From contig JBDRVN010000047.1 in the NCBI GenBank assembly GCA_039801885.1, positions 1 through 12,793 on the forward strand: a stretch of 12,793 nt of DNA, written 5' to 3'. Made by a program: the position numbers and the translations under genes. The notes beneath the pieces are model-generated. The model was given only the letters and a program-made list of their open reading frames with translations. It was not told the origin of the DNA and ran no database searches. The number at the start of each line of letters is the position of its first letter. Positions within the stretch are counted from its first letter, which is position 1. Positions 5,700 to 12,793 of this stretch are shown here, piece after piece. The stretch is from a candidate division WOR-3 bacterium (GTDB lineage: Bacteria > Hydrothermota > Tepidihabitantia > Tepidihabitantales > DTDR01).

Positions 5700-7676
5700 A
5701 TGAGAATTTTGGTGACCAGTGCCTTGCCTTATGCGAATGGCGATATCCATTTAGGTCATTTAGCCGGTTGTTATCTACCGGCCGATATCTATGTTCGTTA
5801 TCAAAAGTCAAGAAAAAGAGATTGTATCCATATCTGCGGCACCGATGAACATGGCGTGCCGATCATTATTGCTGCCTTAGAGAAAAAATGCTCGCCAAAA
5901 GAAGTAATTGACTATTATTATGAAAGGATAAAAAAAGCCTTTGAAGATTTTGGAGTTATCTTTGATAATTTCTCCCGAACTTCCTTACCTCTCCATCATA
6001 AAATCTCTCAAGATTTCTTTTTAAAGATTTATGAAAAAGGATACATTTATAAAAAAGAGGTAATCCAGTTTTACTGTGAAAATTGTCGGCTATTTTTAGC
6101 CGATAGATATGTTTACGGAACTTGCCCTTTCTGTCAAAATCCCAAAGCACGGGGTGACCAATGTGAAATTTGTGGTCGTTGGCTTGAACCTTTTCAATTG
6201 CTTTCACCAAAATGTAAAATTTGCAATAATCCACCAGTAGAAAAAAAGACCTTCCATTATTTCTTTGCCCTAAGTAGATTACAGAAAAATTTAAAAGAAT
6301 GGCTTTCAACAAAAGATTTTTGGAAAGATAATGTTAGAAAATTTTCTTTAGGATTGTTAAACCAAGGTTTAGAAGACCGAGCAATAAGTCGAGATTTACC
6401 TTGGGGAGTGAAAATTCCCTTGGAAGAAGCGAAAGATAAAGTTTTATATGTTTGGTTTGATGCGCCGATTGGTTATATCTCTTCCACAATTGAATGGGCA
6501 GAAAAAAATAATAAAGGTGATTTATGGAAAGAATACTGGTTAAATCCTGAAACAAAATTAATCCATTTTATTGGCAAAGATAATATTATTTTTCATGCTT
6601 TAATCTGGCCAGCAATGTTGATGGCACATGGTGATCATATTCTTCCTTACAATATTCCGGCAAATGAGTTTTTAAATTTAGAAGGGAGAAAATTATCAAC
6701 ATCAGAAAATTGGGCAGTTTGGCTTATTGACTATTTAAAAGAATTTCCGGCGGATATGCTTCGTTATACCTTGGCAATTAATTTGCCAGAAACAAATGAT
6801 GTAGATTTTGCCTGGAAAGATTTCCAAACAAAAGTAAATAATGAACTGGCTGATATTTTGGGGAATTTTATTAATCGGGTTTTATTATTTATTAAAAGAA
6901 ATCTAAAAGGGAAAATCCCGGAAAATTGGGAATTAGCTAAGGAAGTTTTAGAAACAATTAAAGAAACAAAGATAAGAGTAGAAAATTTTATTGAAAATTT
7001 TGAAATTAAAAATGGCTTAAAAGAATTAATGAAATTACCTTCTTTTGGCAACCAGTATTTTGATTACGAAGCTCCCTGGTTGAGTGTAAAGAACGATTTA
7101 AAGAAATGTGAAAAGACAATTGCCAACTGTTTAACTTTAATTAAAAGTATTGAAGTTCTTTTTCGTCCTTACCTGCCTTTTACTTGTGAAAAAATCAGAA
7201 ATTTTTTAGATTTAGAAAAGTTTGAATGGGACGATGTTTTAGAAAAAGAATTTTTATTAAGAAAACCGATTTTAAAAGAAGTAGAAATATTATTTAACAA
7301 AATCCCCGATGAAAAAATTGAATTACAATTAAAGAAATTAAAAGGAGGAAAAATGGAAATTACCATTGAAGATTTTAAAAAACTTGATTTAAGAGTAGGT
7401 CGGGTACTCAATTGTGAAAGAGTAAAAGGAACTGATAAGTTATTAGTTTTCGAAATAGATATTGGTACCGAGTTAAGACAGATTGTTGCGGGAATTGGTA
7501 ATACCTATGAACCAAAAGATTTGATTGGTAAAAATGTTATTGTTGTTTGTAATCTCCAACCAATAAAAATTAAAGGTGTTGAGTCTAATGGTATGCTTTT
7601 AGCAGTGGGCGAAGAGAAGGCAATTGCCCTTTTGACAACCGATAAAGATGTATCTCCCGGTAGTATTGTTAGATAA
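5700..7676 (+). CDS. metG: Methionine--tRNA ligase with C-terminal OB-fold tRNA-binding/dimerisation domain
   Basis: TSALPYANG..HLGH, GTDEHG, four CxxC (CENC, CPFC, CEIC, CKIC), YVWFDA, HFIGKDNI, KLSTS, and C-terminal DFKKLDLRVG...GVESNGMLL. Start moved to ATG5700 because the TTG at 5664 is the -35 box. Confidence 0.97.
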   Translation: MRILVTSALPYANGDIHLGHLAGCYLPADIYVRYQKSRKRDCIHICGTDEHGVPIIIAALEKKCSPKEVIDYYYERIKKAFEDFGVIFDNFSRTSLPLHHKISQDFFLKIYEKGYIYKKEVIQFYCENCRLFLADRYVYGTCPFCQNPKARGDQCEICGRWLEPFQLLSPKCKICNNPPVEKKTFHYFFALSRLQKNLKEWLSTKDFWKDNVRKFSLGLLNQGLEDRAISRDLPWGVKIPLEEAKDKVLYVWFDAPIGYISSTIEWAEKNNKGDLWKEYWLNPETKLIHFIGKDNIIFHALIWPAMLMAHGDHILPYNIPANEFLNLEGRKLSTSENWAVWLIDYLKEFPADMLRYTLAINLPETNDVDFAWKDFQTKVNNELADILGNFINRVLLFIKRNLKGKIPENWELAKEVLETIKETKIRVENFIENFEIKNGLKELMKLPSFGNQYFDYEAPWLSVKNDLKKCEKTIANCLTLIKSIEVLFRPYLPFTCEKIRNFLDLEKFEWDDVLEKEFLLRKPILKEVEILFNKIPDEKIELQLKKLKGGKMEITIEDFKKLDLRVGRVLNCERVKGTDKLLVFEIDIGTELRQIVAGIGNTYEPKDLIGKNVIVVCNLQPIKIKGVESNGMLLAVGEEKAIALLTTDKDVSPGSIVR

Positions 7677-8435
7677 ATGCTTTGTGATATTCACGCCCAT
7701 TTAACTGAAGAAGATTATAAACAAGATCTTCTATTAGTAATTGAAAGAGCAAAGAAAGAAAATGTTAACTTAATTATCTTAGTCGCTATAGATTTAGAAG
7801 ACAGTAAAAAACTTTTAGAGATTATAAAAATAGATAAAATTCTTTATGGGAATATTGGTATTCATCCTCACGAGGCTGACCGAGTAAAAGAAGAAGATAT
7901 TAAAGAAATTTATAAATTATTAAAAGAAGAAAAAATTTGTGGCATTGGTGAGATTGGTTTAGATTTTTATAAGAATTATTCTCAAAGGGAAAATCAGATA
8001 AAGGTTTTTAAAGAACTCGTAAAAATTGCTAAGGAATTTAATTTACCAATGAATATTCATCTACGAGAAAGCCATAAAGAAGGTTTAGAAATATTAAAAG
8101 AAATCAATTATTTTAAAGGTGTTTTACATTGTTTTTCGGGCAACGAAGAGATTTTGAAAAAAGCAATTGATTTAGGCTTTTATATTTCTTATTCTGGCGT
8201 AATCACTTTTGGTAGTGAAAGATTAGAAAAACTTTTAAAGAAAACGCCTTTAGATAGATTATTATTGGAAACGGATGCACCTTATCTTACGCCCGTTCCA
8301 AAAAGAGGAGAAAGGAACGAATCTGCTTATGTCAAATATATTTATCAAAAAGTAAGTGAAATTTTAGAAATTGAATTAAAAGAATTAGAAAAGAAAATTG
8401 AAGAAAATGCTAAAAGACTTTTCGCAATTAATTAA
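7677..8435 (+). CDS. tatD: TatD family hydrolase (DNase)
   Basis: DIHAH, GIHPH, IGEIGLDF, IHLRE, LHCFSG and LLETDAPYL. The ATG directly follows the metG stop. Confidence 0.95.
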   Translation: MLCDIHAHLTEEDYKQDLLLVIERAKKENVNLIILVAIDLEDSKKLLEIIKIDKILYGNIGIHPHEADRVKEEDIKEIYKLLKEEKICGIGEIGLDFYKNYSQRENQIKVFKELVKIAKEFNLPMNIHLRESHKEGLEILKEINYFKGVLHCFSGNEEILKKAIDLGFYISYSGVITFGSERLEKLLKKTPLDRLLLETDAPYLTPVPKRGERNESAYVKYIYQKVSEILEIELKELEKKIEENAKRLFAIN

Positions 8436-9207
8436 AAAAATCAAACAAAAAAAATCCTTATCCCAGGTTTTTTTAAAAAATAAAAAAATTGCTCAAAGAA
8501 TAGTTGATTCCTTAGAATTAAAAGGTGAAGAAACTGTCTTAGAAATTGGTGTTGGTGAAGGAATTCTAACGGAATATTTGATAAAAAAGGCAAAATTTGT
8601 CTACGGAGTTGAAATTGATAAAAGATTGATTGCCCTCTTGTCAGAAAAATTTAAAAACATAGAAAATTTGGAATTAATCTGTAAAGATATTTTGCAATAC
8701 GATATTAGTGATAAAAAGGATTTAATAATTGTTGGTAATATTCCTTTTAGTATTTCAACACCCCTTATTTTCTGGCTATTAAAATACCGTAAAAATTTTC
8801 AAAAAGCAGTCCTTTCTTTTCAAAAGGAATTTGCTTTCAAGTTATTAGCGAAAATAAAAACTAAAGACTATTCGCCAATTACTATCTTAACCAATAATTT
8901 TTTTATTAAAAAAAGTCTTTTTGTAATTGAAAGAAAATATTTTTCTCCGCCACCAAAAGTTTCAACAATGGTAATGTTAATTATTCCCCGTGAAAACCCT
9001 TTTTATGATGTTAATTATGAAAGTTTTTTTAAATTCTTAAGAACTATTTTTTCTCAAAGAAGAAAGAAATTGATAAACATTATTTCTAACAATTTTGGTA
9101 AAGAAAAATTAGAATTTTTAAAAGAATTACCTATTGATTTAACTAAAAGACCGGAAGAGAGCGAATTAAAAGAGTTTTATCTTCTTTTCATTAAGCTTGC
9201 CAAATAA
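8407..9207 (+). CDS. rsmA: 16S rRNA (adenine(1518/1519)-N6)-dimethyltransferase RsmA/KsgA
   Basis: KKSLSQVFL, VLEIGVGEG, VEIDKRL, VGNIPF, QKE, FSPPPKV and QRRKKL, plus metG-tatD-ksgA synteny. ATG8407 is preferred to TTG8398 but the start is uncertain. Confidence 0.88.
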   Translation: MLKDFSQLIKKIKQKKSLSQVFLKNKKIAQRIVDSLELKGEETVLEIGVGEGILTEYLIKKAKFVYGVEIDKRLIALLSEKFKNIENLELICKDILQYDISDKKDLIIVGNIPFSISTPLIFWLLKYRKNFQKAVLSFQKEFAFKLLAKIKTKDYSPITILTNNFFIKKSLFVIERKYFSPPPKVSTMVMLIIPRENPFYDVNYESFFKFLRTIFSQRRKKLINIISNNFGKEKLEFLKELPIDLTKRPEESELKEFYLLFIKLAK

Positions 9208-10666
9208 TCTCACCTTTCTTAAAAACTGCTTTAATTTTTATATTATAATTATGGATTGGTAAATCTTCTAAAACTACTAAATCGGCATCATAACCTTTTT
9301 TAATTTCTCCTTTTCTATCTTCTAAAAATACTCCGTAAGCACCATTTTTAGTAAATAAATCTATTGCCTCATTTAAACTAATTCTTTCTTTCTCATTAGG
9401 ATGATTAAGGGCTGAATAAATCCCCAATAAAGGATTGGGCGACGTAATCGGTGCATCAGAACCACCAACCAAAATAATATTTTCGTTAAGAAGACTTCGA
9501 TAGGGATTGGTAAATTCTATCCTTTTTCCTAATCTTTTTTCATACAATTTACCCTTTCCACCCCAATAATATTCAAAGGCGGGCTGACAAGAGATAATTA
9601 AATTTAATTTTTTTATTTTTCTTATTAATCTATTATTTAAAACTTCACAATGTTCAATACGATGTCTTAAACTATTTTCTTTCAAAAATTTCTCATAAAT
9701 ATTAACTACCTGCTCAATTGCCTTATCACCAATAGCATGGAGAGCAATTTGTAATCCTTCATCACTGGCATCTCTTAAAAATTTATAAAGTTCCTCATTG
9801 GTAAAATAAAGAATACCGGAAGTATTAGGGTTATCACTATAGGGTTCCGAAAGAGCAGCCGTATAAGAAGATAATGAACCATCAATTAAAATACAACCGC
9901 CAATTCTTTTAAATCCTAAACTTTTAACTTTATTAATATCCTTTATCTGGGGGAAAATTATTATTTCAATTTTGAAACTATCTAAATTTTCTAAAAGGAT
10001 TTCATAAGAATTGTCTTCTTCTTCGCCCACCATCGCACATAAACTAGTAATACCATTTTTAATAACATTTTTCTCCGCTTCTCGAAAGGCGAAAATTTTT
10101 ATATCAAGAGGTAAATTCTTTTTGTAATATTTGTGGACTATTTCGTTTGCTTCTCCGCGTAAAATTCCAGTTGGTTCTTTATACTGGTCTAATTCCATTC
10201 CCGAAACAATATTTTGATCAAAAATTTTTATCAATCCATAAGTATTTAAAATTGATGTATGCCCGTCTACTTGGGAAATTATTAAAATTTTCTTATCAAC
10301 AATTTTATCCAATTCTTCTCTTTTGGGATACTTTTTTTCTTTTATTTTTTCTAAATCAAAATTAAAGAATATTAAAAAGGGGAAATAAGCAAGATTCTTT
10401 TTTGCCTCAGCAATTATCTCAAAAAGATCGCCAAGGGAAGAAATTGGGGAAAGGTCAGGAAAAATGTTCAAAAGTCCTAATTCCAAAAGATGAATATGGG
10501 AATCAATAAAACCCGGTAAAAGATAATAATCCTCATAATCAATCATTGGATAATTAGGAATTTCTTTTGAGAAAAATATCTCACTGATTTTTTTATCTTT
10601 AATCAGCAGATACCCTTTTTGAAAATTATTATCGATATATATTTTCCCTTTAATTAAGTATTCCAT
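9191..10666 (-). CDS. Metal-dependent amidohydrolase (Amidohydro_3 / YtcJ-like)
   Basis: PGFIDSHIH, DGH, PTGILR, DGSL...TAAL..PY, HAIGD, RHRIEH, GSDAP and ADLVVL. SD TAAGGA lies upstream inside rlmD. Confidence 0.92.
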   Translation of the reverse strand: MEYLIKGKIYIDNNFQKGYLLIKDKKISEIFFSKEIPNYPMIDYEDYYLLPGFIDSHIHLLELGLLNIFPDLSPISSLGDLFEIIAEAKKNLAYFPFLIFFNFDLEKIKEKKYPKREELDKIVDKKILIISQVDGHTSILNTYGLIKIFDQNIVSGMELDQYKEPTGILRGEANEIVHKYYKKNLPLDIKIFAFREAEKNVIKNGITSLCAMVGEEEDNSYEILLENLDSFKIEIIIFPQIKDINKVKSLGFKRIGGCILIDGSLSSYTAALSEPYSDNPNTSGILYFTNEELYKFLRDASDEGLQIALHAIGDKAIEQVVNIYEKFLKENSLRHRIEHCEVLNNRLIRKIKKLNLIISCQPAFEYYWGGKGKLYEKRLGKRIEFTNPYRSLLNENIILVGGSDAPITSPNPLLGIYSALNHPNEKERISLNEAIDLFTKNGAYGVFLEDRKGEIKKGYDADLVVLEDLPIHNYNIKIKAVFKKGEIIWQA

Positions 10667-11990
10667 TAGGTTTCCTTACTAACTTTCCTAATACTTCAAT
10701 ATGATAAGTTTGGGGAAACATATCAAAAAGTTCGATTGTTTCAATTTCATAACCAATTTCTAAAATTCTTTTTAAATCGCGAGAAAAGGTTGCTGGATTA
10801 CAAGAAACATACAAAATAATTCTTGGTTTAATTCTTTTTAAATGTTCAATTACTTTTTCTTCAATTCCTTTTCGCGGAGGGTCTAAAATTGCTTTATCAA
10901 TATTATTAAAACTATCTAAAACTTCTTCGCATTTTCCTAAAAGAAAATTTACATTAAAACAATCATTTATTAATTTGTTAAAAAGGGCATCCTCATAAGA
11001 ATTTTTTTCACTTTCAATACCAGCTATCTCTTTTACATAAGAAGATAAAATAATGCCGAAAACTCCAACACCGGAATATAAATCTAAAACTCGATCCTTT
11101 TCTTCTGGTTCAATTAACTCAATAATTCTTTTGAGCAAAAGTTCGGTAGCTTCATAATGATTTTGGAAAAAAGAGCTTGCTGACACTCGAAATTTTCTAT
11201 TTAGTAATTCTTCAAAATAATAATCCCGACCAAAAATTGATAAAAAATTGTCGGTAAGAATCCGATTTTTAGGAATAGGATTAATATTGAAAAGAAAACC
11301 AACTATTTTTTCTTTTATCTCTTTGGGTAAACTATCATAGAACTTATCAATTTCTTTTTCATAAAACCGTCCAACAACGATTAATAAAATTTCGTCGGTT
11401 TTATTTCCTTTACGTAATACCAAAAATCTTAAATTACCAGTTTTGGGAATTTCATCATAAATCTCTAAATTACTACTATGAAGAAATTGGGTAAAATAAT
11501 TTTTTATTTCGTTAAAAATATAAGGATTAATGAAACAATTAGCAGTTTCAATAATTTTATGAGTATTTTTTTGATAATAGCCAATTAAAGGTTTATTCTT
11601 ATCTTGACCAAACATCATTTGAACTTTGTTACGATAATACCAAGGATTCACTGGCAAAGGATTTTTAGGTGGGAAAAAGATATTGCCCAAATGTTCTAAG
11701 CAATCACTAACCAATAATTTTTTTAAAATTAATTGATAGATATAATCGGCATGCTGAAAATCGCAACCACCACATTTTGTAAACACAGGACATTTTGGTT
11801 TGACTCTAAAAGGAGAAGACTCTAATATTTCTGAAATTTCTCCTAACCAGTAATGTTTTTTCTTTTCTTTAATTTTTACCGATAATTTTTCTTCAGGCAA
11901 AGAATAGGGGACAAAAACCTTTATTCCTTGATACTCTCCTAAACCAAAACCACCAAAAATAACTTTATCAATTTTTAATTCAATTACCAT
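10650..11990 (-). CDS. rlmD: 23S rRNA (uracil-C5)-methyltransferase RlmD/RumA family with TRAM domain
   Basis: N-terminal TRAM, Fe-S motif CPVFTKCGGC...C, YRNK, SFFQ, DLYSGVG, LDPPRKG, YVSCNPAT and DMFPQTYHIE. Confidence 0.93.
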   Translation of the reverse strand: MVIELKIDKVIFGGFGLGEYQGIKVFVPYSLPEEKLSVKIKEKKKHYWLGEISEILESSPFRVKPKCPVFTKCGGCDFQHADYIYQLILKKLLVSDCLEHLGNIFFPPKNPLPVNPWYYRNKVQMMFGQDKNKPLIGYYQKNTHKIIETANCFINPYIFNEIKNYFTQFLHSSNLEIYDEIPKTGNLRFLVLRKGNKTDEILLIVVGRFYEKEIDKFYDSLPKEIKEKIVGFLFNINPIPKNRILTDNFLSIFGRDYYFEELLNRKFRVSASSFFQNHYEATELLLKRIIELIEPEEKDRVLDLYSGVGVFGIILSSYVKEIAGIESEKNSYEDALFNKLINDCFNVNFLLGKCEEVLDSFNNIDKAILDPPRKGIEEKVIEHLKRIKPRIILYVSCNPATFSRDLKRILEIGYEIETIELFDMFPQTYHIEVLGKLVRKPNGILN

Positions 11991-12457
11991 TGGGAAAAAA
12001 GTTGTCGATAGATTTCATTTGTAATCTTTTTCATTAACTCTCTCACTGCCTTTTCCTCATCTTCTTCTACAGGATAATTTAAAAATTGGGTTATCAAACT
12101 ATTAAACACAATTTTTTCAGTATCCCTTTCTTCTCCTTTTACTTGACAAGAAATAATTATTTGCCATTCGCTAATATTTTGGGAAGCATCGTAAACTGCT
12201 GGTTTTTTTTCATAATTCTCAATTACTCCGGAAATAATTAATTCAGATTCTTCTGTGGCAACTAACTTTATTTGAGGGATACTTTTAAAATAGTTTTCTA
12301 ACTCTTCTGTGAGAATAACTTCCAACATCGGTTTTAATGTTTTATTTTCAATAAAAGAAAAAGCAATTTTTTTATAAGCAAAATGAGAAGAAATTCGGGT
12401 TGTATAACCACATTTCAAAATAGTTAAACCTAAAAGTAGCAAAGAAAAATATTTCAT
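11984..12457 (-). CDS. lptE: LptE-like LPS-assembly lipoprotein
   Basis: From ATG12457: MKYFSLLLLGLTILK-CGY (signal peptide II). ENKT..P.LE..LTE.L, ISGVI and terminal W are typical of non-proteobacterial LptE-like proteins. Start moved from TTG12484. Confidence 0.75.
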   Translation of the reverse strand: MKYFSLLLLGLTILKCGYTTRISSHFAYKKIAFSFIENKTLKPMLEVILTEELENYFKSIPQIKLVATEESELIISGVIENYEKKPAVYDASQNISEWQIIISCQVKGEERDTEKIVFNSLITQFLNYPVEEDEEKAVRELMKKITNEIYRQLFSQW

Positions 12458-12464
12458 AAGATAT

Positions 12465-12533
12465 ATTATAAAATTATTAAACAATTTATCAATAGAACTT
12501 ATTTATTGATTTTTAAAGAAATTTTAGTATTTT
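12465..12533. promoter_or_regulatory. Back-to-back divergent sigma70 promoters
   Basis: Minus strand: TTGATA(12492-12487)-N16-TATAAT(12470-12465)-7 nt-ATG12457. Plus strand: TTGATT(12506-12511)-N16-TATTTT(12528-12533)-6 nt-ATG12540. Confidence 0.6.
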
Positions 12534-12539
12534 ATATAA

Positions 12540-12793
12540 ATGGGAAAAAATAATAAAGAAAGTTTGATATTAGCTGCTTTAAGTTATTTCCCTTTCTTTG
12601 GTCTTATTCCAATAATCTTTACTAAAGAAGATGAATTTGCCTGCCATCATGCTAAACAAGGTTTAACTTTATTTATTCTTTTACTAATCATTACATTTTC
12701 TATTTGGATATTTCATTTTATATTCGCCAATCTTTTGGGACAAATCTTTATCATTGGCTTAATTTTTAAAATTATTGCTTGGATAATTAAAAA
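12540..12793 (+). CDS. Small integral membrane protein, DUF4870/Tic20-like (partial, runs off the right edge)
   Basis: Translated by hand: MGKNNKESLILAALSYFPFFGLIPIIFTKEDEFACHHAKQGLTLFILLLIITF... with the family-typical LAALSY...F..HAKQGL pattern. Not in the supplied ORF track. Confidence 0.8.
   Translation, partial: MGKNNKESLILAALSYFPFFGLIPIIFTKEDEFACHHAKQGLTLFILLLIITFSIWIFHFIFANLLGQIFIIGLIFKIIAWIIK

Noticed and set aside
5511..7411. Minus-strand ORFs 5511-5750, 5956-6312, 6334-6555, 6764-7051 and 7169-7411
   Set aside because: Antisense to metG or the upstream gene, with composition typical of reverse-complement shadows of Lys/Glu-rich genes.
10147..10365. 72-aa plus-strand ORF
   Set aside because: Antisense within the amidohydrolase with no supporting signals.
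848..11990. Methyltransferases plus TatD nuclease plus PP-loop ATPase as a novel defence or DNA-modification system
   Set aside because: Each matches a housekeeping RNA-modification family, metG-tatD-rsmA is conserved core synteny, and the genes lie in separate transcription units with no mobility genes.
12458..12484. TTG start with MFNNFIIYL extension of LptE
   Set aside because: It overlaps the predicted promoter. ATG12457 gives a normal lipoprotein signal peptide.

Overview
Very AT-rich, gene-dense bacterial window from a diderm (it encodes an LptE-like lipoprotein). Most of it is housekeeping, with an emphasis on tRNA/rRNA metabolism: a PP-loop thiouridylase-like ATPase, DUF763 plus an RsmB/RsmF-type m5C methyltransferase, metG-tatD-rsmA, and lptE-rlmD-amidohydrolase. 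It also holds an apparently C-terminally truncated MFS transporter, a membrane-anchored GerMN-like hypothetical protein, a 22-aa-repeat lipoprotein and partial genes at both edges. I found no CRISPR array, RNA gene, transposase or recognisable defence system. Four features stand out: (1) a perfect AGGAGG plus in-frame ATG inside metG exactly at the start of the C-terminal tRNA-binding domain, suggesting a nested second protein; (2) seven operon-leading genes with a sigma70-type -10 box only 6-8 nt from the start codon, implying pervasive leaderless mRNAs; (3) a structured left intergenic region with a 30-bp direct repeat, a 13-bp inverted repeat covering an RBS, a GC-rich hairpin cluster and an ECF-type promoter; (4) the beta-repeat lipoprotein. 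All family assignments come from motif recognition by eye, not from database searches.
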